Positions 37,922 to 50,882 are shown, counted from the first letter of the whole stretch. The stretch is 63,351 nucleotides of DNA, filler included, from Octopus bimaculoides (GCF_001194135.2; 7 parts of 6 records of this genome joined end to end with filler, not necessarily neighbours in it), one strand, 5' to 3'. Program-made: numbers and translations. The notes: generated by a model not told the origin, from the sequence alone.

Positions 37922-39949
37922 GTAAGGAGTTAGAAAGTCATACATATCACAGAAAAACAAAACCGAAACAGATTTTCTATGTTGCCAACTGGTAAATATT
38001 TACATTTAGTTTGATGTTAGTTTGATATATACTATAACTTAAGGTTTTCGGTATGGCTGTTTTGGGAAATAGGTACAGTAAAATATTCATCTCTGAGGCT
38101 TAGATGGAGATTTGAAGGACTATTGTCCGGATAACAAACCTATAACGTAATACTTTGAACATGTATCTGGCAAATATAAAGATGTTTTTTACTTTTATTC
38201 TTTTAATTTTAACCCTGTATATTATACGTACATCACATACGCTTGTCACAGATTTATTTTCAAAATTTCAAATGGATTACTAAAGAGGAAAAATGCACCG
38301 CTTTATACTAACTTCTATGCGTGAAAACACTCTTCTCTCGTTTTGAGTTATTTTTATTTACATATATATATATTCAGATTGCATGTTGAAGATGTCACCA
38401 ATCCCAGACATAGACTCCTATTTTGCTAGATAAACTTTTGTAGTAGCATCTGTCTTTAAATAAATTACGAGAATCAAGTTTTGTAATGTAATTCAATGAA
38501 TTTACATTAATTTTAAAATGCTGAAAGAAAAGTCACAAAGGTCATTCTATTCATATATCGTAGATATCCAGATTCCTACCAAATAAAGATTTTACTTACT
38601 ACTATTATTTCATTTATTCCATTCTTGAAGCGTTCCTGCATAGTTACTCGTCAAAATGTTAATCGCTGCTGTGAAGGGGTGCTTTTGTAGAACACCCCTT
38701 CCAGACAATGCGTATTATAATGCATTCGGATCTTTGAGACAAAGGGACTTTGAGGCACTGTTTTCTTTGGGACTGATTGTATCACTGAGTGCAAGACCGA
38801 CCCCTCCCATAATAAGGAATCTAAAAAAGAATGGTTGTTCTGTTTTATAGAATATACTAAAACAAATAATTTGCTGTTGGATGCTTATGACCGACAGATA
38901 TATTATAAATTATCATGTGCACGCAGAACTAAAACTGCATACGGCTTATATATATATATAATCAGAAGCCTATATAGTACCCATGACATTTCTGAGATCT
39001 GATTTGATCATATTGGATTAGATCTACTACTTGCATAAACAACGTTAGAATTTGATTCCTAGGCGCGAAAACAGTGATCATAATTTATCCTGGACAGCCC
39101 TTTGCCCATTCAGTCAATCTACCACCATAAAGTGGTACTTTACTTATCAGATTCCTCAAATGGAAGATCTAAATGTGACATCTGTAGAAATTGGAACCAG
39201 GTTTCAAGAATCGAGAATGAATTTAGAAGTACCTTATTTTCAGGTTAGGTCCACCGTGGCTAAAATGCACTGTAGCAGCTGAAAATTCAGTTCACAGTCA
39301 ATTGCGTAGTGCATCTGTTTACTTTATGTATCTTGTAATAATTAAAATGAACGAAAAATAACATACAAAACGTTAAGTTCATACTTCGATGAATATTGAT
39401 GATTTGTTTCCATTTGTTAAGTAGAGGTCAGTTATACTTTAGAAGACAACTGTAATGAAATTTGTCAATTATATATATCCACGAAGCCTATTAACAGTGT
39501 AAATGAAACGGATGGATTTACATTGAATGTTAAACCACTTTAAAGTTTAGACAACGAAATGCCTCGAGGCAACATCAGTAATAATATTAAAGGATATTAT
39601 ATTATTGTCCAAGTATTATGTTTTAGTAAACTTAACCTTTGAGAAACTTTAATGATATCGATGATATAACAGAAATATGTAATGTAGTACAGAAAAATAG
39701 TGTGTTACCACTTCAAGAATTGTGATTATGGAAGGAAATGGAAAACTTTACCCAATTGGAACAATGCCGTTAAAAAATGGCAAATTTATGCATCAAAATA
39801 AAACGAAAAGAAAATTCATTGAGATTGGATATCTTACAAAATTTCTGTCTGTGAAAATTTCAAATTTAGCTTAAGAAAAGCTTTGCTTGCTGACAGCCTT
39901 TCTCAATTTGTTTTCTCTATGGCCATTGATTCCAAATGGAGGGAGCAAT

Positions 39950-40239
39950 ACAGTTTTATCTTTAAGAGATGAGGAATTAGGTTTATTATTTACATTATTT
40001 ACATTTGACGGTCATTTGTCCTCATCTTGTTTGTTGTTAACATAACGTTTCGGCTGATATACACTACAACTTTCATCAGGTGTCTTGGGGAAATTTTTCA
40101 ATGTTGTTGTTGCCATCATCATCATCATTATTATTATTATTATTATTATTACTACTATTAAGGTCACTGCCTGGAATCGAACTCGGAATCTTGGGGTTAG
40201 TAGCCCGCGCTCTTAACCACTGCGCCATATGCCCGTGGG
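39950..40239 (-). mobile_element. Penelope-like element 3' pseudo-LTR containing a tRNA-like head and a hammerhead motif
   Basis: tRNA-like segment at 40162-40239; hammerhead at 40039-40084 (gacac-CTGATGA...cagcc-GAAACGTT-atgtt on the minus strand). Confidence 0.85.
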
Positions 40240-40269
40240 TAATTAAGGAATGAATTTTAGGGCTTATAT

Positions 40270-40830
40270 ATCTAACATATTCCTATCCTTCCTAAATACT
40301 GGTTCCCATATGCTACTCATATCTACACTCGGTCTGCTTAGGAGGTTGTTGTGTCCTAGCATATGTGTTGATTCTTTCAGTTTTCACATTTTCTAGTGGT
40401 GTTCTTTGCTATTTTAACTTCGTCCTACAGGGGGAGGTGGTCTCTATTTTTCCATATATGATCAGCTATACTCGATTTATCAGTATCTTCTCGTGTCACA
40501 GCTTTCCGATGTTCCTCTACCCATATTTTGAGGGGGCGACATGCTTCACCTTTGTATAACCTACCACAGCTGCATGGGATGGCGTACACGCAGTTTTTGA
40601 TCATATTCTCTTCTATTGGTGGTTTTATACGAAGGAGATATTTGCGAAGTGTTGTATTCCTCTTCAATACTGCCCTGATGTCATATGGGCCGCATATCTT
40701 TTTTATCTTTTCGGAGAAGCCTTTCACATAGGGTAGACAGACTGTGGACAGTTTATTAGTTTCATCCTCTCTTTTCTTCATAATTGGAGTGGATAATATG
40801 TTTTGAGGTAGTTGTTGCTTAACAGATTGT
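40270..40830 (-). pseudogene. Penelope-like retroelement ORF C-terminus (GIY-YIG endonuclease), 5'-truncated
   Basis: LPYVKGFSEKIKKICGPYDIRAVLK...NCVYAIPCSCGRLYKGEACRPLKIWVEEHRKAV...SSIADHIW matches the PLE motif LPY..G.SE...VY.IPC.CG..YIGET.R.L..R..EH. Confidence 0.92.
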
Positions 40831-40844
40831 TACTGAGCTTGATC

Positions 40845-40891
40845 ATTTCCCCAAGACACCTGATGATGGCTAAAGTGTATATCAGCCGAAA
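40845..40891 (+). mobile_element. Inverted partial pseudo-LTR at the PLE 5' truncation point
   Basis: atttccccaagacacctgatgatggctaaagtgtatatcagccgaaa is the reverse complement of the 3' pLTR hammerhead region. Confidence 0.85.
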
Positions 40892-41383
40892 AAAGATGGA
40901 GAAAGCAAGTTTTTTCACATTTGTGCTTCGTATAACAGGTCATATACACTTCCTTTTTCCTGTCGTTTTGCGAAAAATTTATTTCCCATAGGAATTTCGT
41001 GCTTTTATATATTAGTGTATAATTTGGAACAAATGAAATACAGAAAATGAAGACAGATCTACAATTAATTAATTTGAGAAACATTTTCTTTGCAGACTAC
41101 AACTAATTATAAAATCCATTCTAATGATTCTTTAAGTCAAGAGAAAACAATATTACCTTTGTGTTCTGAACAAAAGTATCGACTGAACGGAAACCAACCG
41201 CTAGGATTCGAATAGTTGGAACACTCGAATCAAGCAACTATCATAACTTGTTAATCACTCATTGCGTAAATCAAAGAATTTATCCATTTGTGCATCGTAC
41301 TTAATTTATAGACACAATAGCCCATCCTGTACATCGTCCCCAGTACTCAACTGATACTTAATTTATCAACCCCGAATGAATTA

Positions 41384-41590
41384 AAGCGGTGAGCTGGCAG
41401 AATCGTTAGCACGCTGGGCGAAATGCCTAGCGATATTTCGTCTGTCGCTACGTTCTGAAGACAAACTTCGCTGAGGTCGACTGTGCCCTTCATTCATTCG
41501 GGGTTGATAAATTAAATACCAGTTGAGTACTGAGGACGATGTAATCGACTATCCTCCTACCCCAAATTTTAGGCCTTGTACCTATAATAG
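41384..41590 (+). mobile_element. SINE family B
   Basis: Head, core and tail present. Confidence 0.85.
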
Positions 41591-41612
41591 ATTATCACTA
41601 TTTTTATTATCA

Positions 41613-41930
41613 TTGCCTTTGCCCAGCTTCTAGCGCTGGAGTTCTACCACAGTGTCAGCTGTTCACTACCAGTGAACTTAGGTAACACCTCTTATTTTCC
41701 GAGCACCTTCGGAGTATTCGAGCGGTTCCAAGCAGTCTTCTTTTCTGCAATTGCTCCACCCTTATTGTAGCCCCTATTTGTTCCACTCCCTTATTGCAGC
41801 CCCTATTTGTTCCACGTCCTTATTGCTACCCCCAATTTGTTCTACGTCTTTATTGCAGTCCCTGATTGTTCTACGGCCATATTGCAGCCCATATGTGTCC
41901 CATGTACTTATTGCAGCCCCTATTTGTTCT
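41613..41930 (-). mobile_element. R4/Dong-like LINE 3' end with a 29-30-bp tandem expansion
   Basis: Homologous to 22103-22272; six units of ccttattgcagcccctatttgttccacgt at 41760-41930. Confidence 0.8.
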
Positions 41931-41939
41931 ATTATAATA

Positions 41940-41971
<32 letters not shown>

Positions 41972-41989
41972 CATTATTATTATAAACCA

Positions 41990-42392
41990 TGTCAGGCACA
42001 AGTCCTGTCATTGTTTATGGAGGGCACCAGTCGATTACATCGACACCAGTATTTGACTGGTATTTATTTTATCGACCCTGAAAGGATGAAAAGCAAAGTC
42101 GACCTCGGCGGAATCTGAACTGAGAACATTCCGCCCGGTGTGCTAACGATTCTGCCAGTTCGCCGCCTTAATAATAATCATTTCTACTATAGGCACAAGG
42201 CCCGAAATTTTGGGGTAGGGGACCAGTCAATTAGATCGACCCCAGTACGCAACAGGTACTCAATTTCTCGACCCTGAAAGGATGAAAAGCAAAGTCGACC
42301 TCGGCGTAATTTGAACTCAGTACGTAGTGGCATAGTAAATACCGCTAAGCATTCCGCCTAGCGTGCTAACGAGTCTGCCATCTCACCGCCTT
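41990..42392 (-). mobile_element. Two tandem SINE family B copies
   Basis: Heads end at ~42170 and ~42392; each is preceded on its own strand by (ATT)n-like repeats and AA. Confidence 0.88.
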
Positions 42393-42579
42393 GATGATAA
42401 TAATAGAATAATGACGCTACTACTGCTGATAATGATGATGATGATGGCAATTTTCATTATCGTTGTGCCCTTGGACACTCATTTTCCTATGAGCCCGCGC
42501 TATACATTTTTCTATTTCACTTTCGCTTTCATAGTGACTTGGTCGTTATTTTTCATTTCATTTTGACGGTATCTGCATT

Positions 42580-42725
42580 TGTTAAGCTTCTCTCTCTACA
42601 CTACCAACACCTCACTCATAATCATACTTTCTTTTTTTTTCTTTTACTTCACACCCTTCTATCACTCTTCTTCATCTACGACGATCTTCATCTTACACTG
42701 TTATTGTACGTCACTCCATGTCCAC

Positions 42726-42762
<37 letters not shown>

Positions 42763-43499
42763 TAGACACATACATGCACACACACTCACTCTACAATATC
42801 TTTCTATCTATTTCCATTATCCGATATATTTTTCTCCGTCTTTCCCGCCGCGCTTTTCTTTCCTACAACTCCATATCTTCTCTTTCTCTGTTGTTTTCAA
42901 ATTTTGCTCTTGCATCTCTTTACTCTTAAATCTTTCTCTTCATTTTCCGATCTCCCTTCATACCACAGTCACCTAATTTTCCTAGCTTTCTGTCGCTTTA
43001 TGCACTTTTCTCATCTCTTTTCCTCCGGTCTTACATCTTCTCTTTCTCTTCCTCTTCCTTATTTCCCTTTCTCATCTGTCAATTATTTCCACTTTTCTTT
43101 CTCTCTTTAATTCTCTTCCTTCGTCTCATCTTCTTTCATTTGTATATATATATATTCGTTCGTGTTTATTTTATTCACCATGAAGTGTTTCTTTCATCTC
43201 TTTCCTGCATTACTATTTTATCACACACACTAGATACAAACTCGCACATACACATAAATACATACAATTATATAGAAAATCTTTATTTTAAATATATACA
43301 TATACATGTATGTATGTATGTGTGTATGTATGTACACGTAGTTTTTTTTTTCGCCCCCCACAACGTCTCTTAGCCTTTGTGCTCTCACTGTAGTGATAAT
43401 TCTTCTATTTTTCTCTCCCTGTATTTTTTCTTCGATTTAAAATCATTCCATGGAATATTCAACCTCTCTTTCTCACTCACCCAGTATATCTTACTTTAT

Positions 43500-43548
<49 letters not shown>

Positions 43549-43914
43549 CAGTTCTATATTTTACGTAAACTTATTTGATATATAAACATATATCTCACTC
43601 TCCTTCTCTCTCCGCTCTTCCTCTCACCCTCTTACTCTCTTTCAGTTTTCTCTCCAATACACTTTCTAATAATTGTCAACGATATTGTTACCTCTTTCTC
43701 TCTCTGTATTGTGCTGCAGTGTATATTTTCTTTCCTCCTCTTTACATTCATCCGTTTTTCTCCATTTTCCTTTTCTTTCTCCGTTATCTTTTATTCATAG
43801 ATCTCTCCCTTTTACGTTTCTCTCTCTCACACACATCCTTCTCATTTTCACTCTTCCTTCCTCTGCTTGTTTATCAGAATGCCGACATCTCTCCCTCCCT
43901 CTGTCTCTCTCTCC

Positions 43915-44013
<99 letters not shown>

Positions 44014-44030
44014 ATTTCAGTTCTAGCCTT
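42580..44030. repeat. Long pyrimidine-rich tract with (CT)n blocks
   Basis: Seen directly; perfect (CT)n at ~43920-44010. Confidence 0.9.
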
Positions 44031-45435
44031 CTCTTTCCGCAACTACATGCAACCCTCTCATCGAACTGTATTCTCTCTCAACTACAGTTGGGAGAGAAAA
44101 TACCGTAATAAACTTCAATACTTTCGTTGTCATCAAAACTAAACAGCTTCTTTGCTGCATTCTTTCGACGTGTGCCCGAGCACGCACACACGCGCACATA
44201 AACAAAAGTATGTACTTCCAATGCACATACACACACCCACCAACAAAACTGCTGGTCATTCGTTCGGCTTACACTCACATCTGTTTACTCTTTCTTTCAC
44301 TCATCTGTCTCTCTTTCATGCTTTATCCATCGAACTTCGCTTTCCAAGCGAAGCAATATTGTTTAAGATGTGATTACTTGTAATACAAACTGGATGCATG
44401 ATTCTGCCCAGCAGTAACTCTGCTACATTTTATTAATTGTACTTGCCGAAATACGAGGCAGCACGTTGCGAAAATTACAACTGCAAGTTAGACAGTCAGC
44501 CACAAGTGATATATATTTTATAGTTTCATTATACCGTTTACACAAGGTGAAATTGTCAGCCTCAATTCACACCGTAACGCGGGAATATCTTTTTTTAAAC
44601 GAGAGTTGCATAGTTCATTAGGTATTATAATTTATTTTTTCATATCTAATTTTAAATGACAGTCATCGGAATGAAAGATGAAATAAAGTATATAAGGATG
44701 CCTATAATTTGGGATTGTATAATTGACAGCATTCAGCTCTGAATAGAAAGATAGATAAATTCACACCTACACACACATAAAAGAAACAAAACAATACAAG
44801 ATAGAAACACACATTTACGCTTTCTCTCACTCTCTTTCTCTCACCCTCTCACTCATACACACATATATACAAGCATATACAAGTCTATTTATTCATTTAT
44901 CTTAGGAAATAAATACGAAGAAAACGACAAAACTCAAGGGAAAATAAAACTCTATCAATTTCTTGGTAAAAGTTGAAAAGAGTTTGAACATAATCACGAG
45001 CATAATAAATATTATTATGATCCACTTTGTTAATTAGAAGACAATATAATAATTTCTACTAAAGAAATTATATATATATATATNNNNNNNNNNNNNNNNN
45101 NNNNNNNNNNNNNNNNNNNNNNNNNNNNNNNNNNNNNNNNNNNNNNNNNNNNNNNNNNNNNATATATGCATGTATGTATGTATATGAAAAGCAATTTCGA
45201 AACAATCTTAAAAAATGAAATAAAAGTTAAGCTAACTATATAAAGTTGTTATATATTATAGTTAAATCTACGTGCCACAAAGTTGTTATCATTTCATTAT
45301 AAATTTGATTTCAAACAAAACAGCTAAATATATATTAAACAAACAGATAAATTGGATACGTGACAGCACTTACTCATCAATTAATGTTCGACTAAACGTT
45401 TAACCAGGCGCTCAACAAATTCGAAACTTTTATAG

Positions 45436-45503
45436 TGGACATATATTATGTTCTGTTGTATATTGTGGAAGAAATATTTATTTGCCAACTTCACGACGGA
45501 AAG
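45436..45503 (+). other. Candidate exon
   Basis: Perfect donor AAG|GTAAGT and acceptor cttttatag|; all three frames are open. Confidence 0.35.
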
Positions 45504-45690
45504 GTAAGTGAACAGCAAGTTTCTATCATGTTTGGGATTCTGTGTGTGTCTATGTGGTGTGTTTCTTGTTTTTATACTTATATAGTTATATGAATGGATG
45601 ATACACCCACCCCGTATGCACACATACACACACATGCAACACGCAAGCATAAACACATGCGCACACACACATGTGTGCCTGTGTCTATGG

Positions 45691-45737
<47 letters not shown>

Positions 45738-46114
45738 TCCGATAACGACTAATTGTTCATTAAAAAAATATTAGGCCAGAGTGGGTAATTAACAAGTCGT
45801 GCGAACTCTGAAAGAATGTGCTTTATGAATGTCAATGAGTCAAAGCGGCATATTTTTGTGAATTTAATTATCATCATAACCAATGCTTTTGCGTATATGC
45901 ATACGTGTCAGAGGGTGTCTGTGCGCGCTCTCGCGGGGGCGAGTGTATATCTGTGTGTCTGTGTGTCTGTGGGCAATTCATGGAAGCAGTGGTGCACGAC
46001 GTCGATGATCAGGCAGCGATCGCTCTAGCGACTGTTTGACAAGACACATGCTTACACATATATGCGCAACCACACGCATACACACGCAGGCATTGCTTAT
46101 ATCGATATTTGATC

Positions 46115-46153
<39 letters not shown>

Positions 46154-47206
46154 TATATGCGTGTGTGTGTATGTGCGTGTGTGTGTTTGTGTGTGTGTGT
46201 GTGCATATATATACATTTGTATGTGCATGTACAAATATGTATGTATGTATATATATCTAAATATGCATGTGTATGTATGTGTATATANNNNNNNNNNNNN
46301 NNNNNNNNNNNNNNNNNNNNNNNNNNNNNNNNNNNNNNNNNNNNNNNNNNNNNNNNNNNNNNNNNNNNNNNNNNNNNNNNNNNNNNNNNNNNNNNNNNNN
46401 NNNNNNNNNNNNNNNNNNNNNNNNNNNNNNNNNNNNNNNNNNNNNNNNNNNNNNNNNNNNNNNNNNNNNNNNNNNNNNNNNNNNNNNNNNNNNNNNNNNN
46501 NNNNNNNNNNNNNNNNNNNNNNNNNNNNNNNNNNNNNNNNNNNNNNNNNNNNNNNNNNNNNNNNNNNNNNNNNNNNNNNNNNNNNNNNNNNNNNNNNNNN
46601 NNNNNNNNNNNNNNNNNNNNNNNNNNNNNNNNNNNNNNNNNNNNNNNNNNNNNNNNNNNNNNNNNNNNNNNNNNNNNNNNNNNNNNNNNNNNNNNNNNNN
46701 NNNNNNNNNNNNNNNNNNNNNNNNNNNNNNNNNNNNNNNNNNNNNNNNNNNNNNNNNNNNNNNNNNNNNNNNNNNNNNNNNNNNNNNNNNNNNNNNNNNN
46801 NNNNNNNNNNNNNNNNNNNNNNNNNNNNNNNNNNNNNNNNNNNNNNNNNNNNNNNNNNNNNNNNNNNNNNNNNNNNNNNNNNNNNNNNNNNNNNNNNNNN
46901 NNNNNNNNNNNNNNNNNNNNNNNNNNNNNNNNNNNNNNNNNNNNNNNNNNNNNNNNNNNNNNNNNNNNNNNNNNNNNNNNNNNNNNNNNNNNNNNNNNNN
47001 NNNNNNNNNNNNNNNNNNNNNNNNNNNNNNNNNNNNNNNNNNNNNNNNNNNNNNNNNNNNNNNNNNNNNNNNNNNNNNNNNNNNNNNNNNNNNNNNNNNN
47101 NNNNNNNNNNNNNNNNNNNNNNNNNNNNNNNNNNNNNNNNNNNNNNNNNNNNNNNNNNNNNNNNNNNNNNNNNNNNNNNNNNNNNNNNNNNNNNNNNNNN
47201 NNNNNN

Positions 47207-47406
47207 GTGTCTGTGCGCGCTCTCGCGGGGGCGAGTGTATATCTGTGTGTCTGTGTGTCTGTGGGCAATTCATGGAAGCAGTGGTGCACGACGTCGATGA
47301 TCAGGCAGCGATCGCTCTAGCGACTGTTTGACAAGACACATGCTTACACATATATGCGCAACCACACGCATACACACGCAGGCATTGCTTATATCGATAT
47401 TTGATC

Positions 47407-47438
<32 letters not shown>
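47207..47438 (+). other. Exact duplicate of 45915-46146 across a gap (probable contig-end overlap)
   Basis: Identical ~230 bp on both sides of the N run 46288-47206. Confidence 0.85.
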
Positions 47439-47447
<9 letters not shown>

Positions 47448-49584
47448 AGCACACATACAGAAATAGAGAGGGAAAGAAGAGGGAAGGGGGGAGGGAGAGT
47501 TGAAGTTATCAATGTTTTTGTACTTGCGTATAAAATTTATATGTTACTACATTGTCTCAAATATTCACCAATTTACTTACATCCAAATAACTTTTCAAAT
47601 CAAAATACGACGAAAGTGAGAATGATCTAGATATTTCTCACATTTCATGTATAAAGAAAAATATGCACACATGAAATGCATAGTCAAAGTCACACATCTA
47701 TAAGTTAAAGTTTCGTAAAGATTACTATGATTCAACGATGTATTGCCTTAGGTTCCAACGCATATACTTACATACAAACACATACATGCATACACTTAAA
47801 CACACACATACACAAGCACACTCGCGCATATGTATATAGATGTATAATCTAGACAATACTTGCTTAAAACCACAAGATTGGCCGAGCAACTAACTAGCCT
47901 GATATGCGTTTTCACTACTCTCACGCGTATCAATACATACGCATACTAACATAGAAGCACACACACACACACACAATGACACACACACAATGACACACAC
48001 ATATATACATATATACACACACTCACACAAATACACACACACACATATATTTACATGCACATATAGATATATATATATATATATANNNNNNNNNNNNNNN
48101 NNNNNNNNNNNNNNNNNNNNNNNNNNNNNNNNNNNNNNNNNNNNNNNNNNNNNNNNNNNNNNNNNNNNNNNNNNNNNNNNNNNNNNNNNNNNNNNNNNNN
48201 NNNNNNNNNNNNNNNNNNNNNNNNNNNNNNNNNNNNNNNNNNNNNNNNNNNNNNNNNNNNNNNNNNNNNNNNNNNNNNNNNNNNNNNNNNNNNNNNNNNN
48301 NNNNNNNNNNNNNNNNNNNNNNNNNNNNNNNNNNNNNNNNNNNNNNNNNNNNNNNNNNNNNNNNNNNNNNNNNNNNNNNNNNNNNNNNNNNNNNNNNNNN
48401 NNNNNNNNNNNNNNNNNNNNNNNNNNNNNNNNNNNNNNNNNNNNNNNNNNNNNNNNNNNNNNNNNNNNNNNNNNNNNNNNNNNNNNNNNNNNNNNNNNNN
48501 NNNNNNNNNNNNNNNNNNNNNNNNNNNNNNNNNNNNNNNNNNNNNNNNNNNNNNNNNNNNNNNNNNNATATATATATATATATAAATGTATAAGCCACGT
48601 GCGGCATTTGACTTCATTTATTTTTTTGAAGCTGCCAGTAACAAACAGCAAGCACAGCAAGAGTTCCCTCTCGACTCTCACACTGTTCAATTAGACGAAC
48701 ATTGAGACAGCTGGAAGGGTGAGGAATATCAATTTCAAGTAAGCCAAGACGAGACAATAACAACAACAACAACAAAAAACTTTTTTTTTGCTCATGGACT
48801 CGACGCACCGGCCAGTTCAAGAATGGCAATAACGATGTTTTGGTCCCTAGACCCGCACCGTACACATTTGACTACGCCGGTTCTCTATCTGTGTCATACA
48901 TACATACATAATACATGCACGCATATCTATTTATCTACCTATCAATATATTTATATACACACAGACACACAGACACACACACACGTATGTGTATATACAT
49001 AGATGCGCACACATATGTATCTGGGCATAAGTCTGTACCTGTGTGAGCGTCTGCGCTTGTGTTACAGTTATACCTGTATACATTCTTATAGAGACCTCCA
49101 CGTTTTTGTACTACATGCACAATGAACGAAACACATACGTGGAAGTGACTGCATTCGTGCATTTGTGTCTATATACGCTTCTGTGTACGCTTCGTTATGT
49201 TTGCTCGTTTTAAATGATACTATCACATGTGTTGCATTTGTTTCTTTTCCGTCCCATTTCGCTAAAACATTTTAATCCAATATGATATTTTCTTTAAGCT
49301 TTTATCTTAACATTCTGATGTATTCATGGTTATCCTACATTGCGATCTATTTTAATTTCCATATATCTCACTGCGCGTAGTTAAGACTTGTATAATTTTA
49401 TTGCTTCAAGCTGTAACTTTTGTTACGAGCTTTTCATAAATTTTTGCTATAAATAGATTTTCGCTTGAGAGTAGAACATAAATACCGCACTTTGTTCCAT
49501 GGTTTCAATACCGGACCAATTTATTCATAATTTTGGAATATTAATGATTAAATATTTTAATACGATTAATTGCCATCGAAGAGG

Positions 49585-49602
49585 AACAACAACAACAACA
49601 AC

Positions 49603-49635
<33 letters not shown>

Positions 49636-49735
49636 CATAATAATAATAATAATAATAATGATAATAAAAATAATAATAATGATGATAATAAAAATTATTA
49701 TTATTATTGTCATTATTATTATTATTATTATTATT
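49585..49735. repeat. (AAC)(AAT)n followed by (ATT)n, an imperfect inverted microsatellite
   Basis: Seen directly in the sequence. Confidence 0.9.
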
Positions 49736-50036
49736 CTGTTTTTGTGTTAATGCATACGCAGTTTTTAAAGTATACATTTAAAAACCTCCATATACTTAGT
49801 AAAAACTGCTTCGTGGTTTGCTTATATTAATCGGTAAAAAACGAGAAAAAAGCAGTGTATGTTTTGTAAATTACTCACACGCGCGCACACACATACATAC
49901 AACATTTACATATACATACATATATGTATGTATGTAGGTATGTATGCGTCTATGTATGTATGTAAATATAAATTCACACACACACACCCACACCCACACA
50001 CACACACACACACATATATATGTATATATATATATA

Positions 50037-50078
<42 letters not shown>

Positions 50079-50107
50079 CCCACACACAGAAACACAAATA
50101 TGTATAG

Positions 50108-50262
50108 GCGATGCTGTGTGAAATGAAATTTGCTTCCAGGCCACATGGTTCCAGATTCAATTGACTCTATGAACACTTCGGCAAATGTCTTGTGCGATAG
50201 ACTCGAGCGAAGCGTAAGCTTGTGAATGGATTTGGTAGACGAGAACTGAAAGCAGCCCGTCG
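50108..50262 (+). mobile_element. SINE family A head, degenerate
   Basis: gatgctgtgtg...ccacatggttccagattca...gtgaatggatttggtagacgagaactgaaagcagcccgtcg. Confidence 0.75.
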
Positions 50263-50882
50263 TATTCACATATATACATACATATGTATATGTGTGTGGT
50301 GTGAGTGTGTATGCGTGTGTGTGTGTGTGTGTGTATGTTTTGTGTGCATATGTGCGTTTGCAACATGGCATCTGCAGAGTTTTCTGTGAAAGATCAATCT
50401 AATAATATGTATATGATGAAGGAGATTTATTCAATATTCGACTCAGTTGTATCAAACGATGAGCCGAATTACTGCGAGAAAATATTGCTATCGTCAACGC
50501 ACAACCAGAACTGGACCCGCATTTTACATTTCTTTCTACTATTCTCAATGAAAAACTGACACTGATAAATCGACTATCATCACAATTTTGAATTCTGTAT
50601 ATATACCGTCATTTTGTTGCACTTCTTCCTCTAAACATTAGCGTTTGTGCAGTCACTCTGTTGCACTTCTTCCTCTAAACATTAGTTTTTATGAAGTTAA
50701 ATGCGCTGCAATATTTGTTCCCAGTTCTTGTATACAGTACGTTTTTAATTATTTTATTGCAGATGTATTTTTTATTCCTTCCTCACCATAAATTAATATT
50801 CGAAAATATAAATTCCGTTTTAATATATATGTATATGTGTGAGTGTGTGTGTGTGTGTGTGTATGTATGGGTGTGTGTGTAT

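Noticed and set aside
40162-40239. Functional tRNA genes (also the heads at 23540, 26830 and SINE A/B)
   Set aside because: A/B boxes are present but the acceptor stems do not close; each continues into repeat body sequence.
41760-41930. CRISPR-like array
   Set aside because: Contiguous tandem units with no unique spacers, derived from LINE sequence, in a eukaryotic context with no cas genes.
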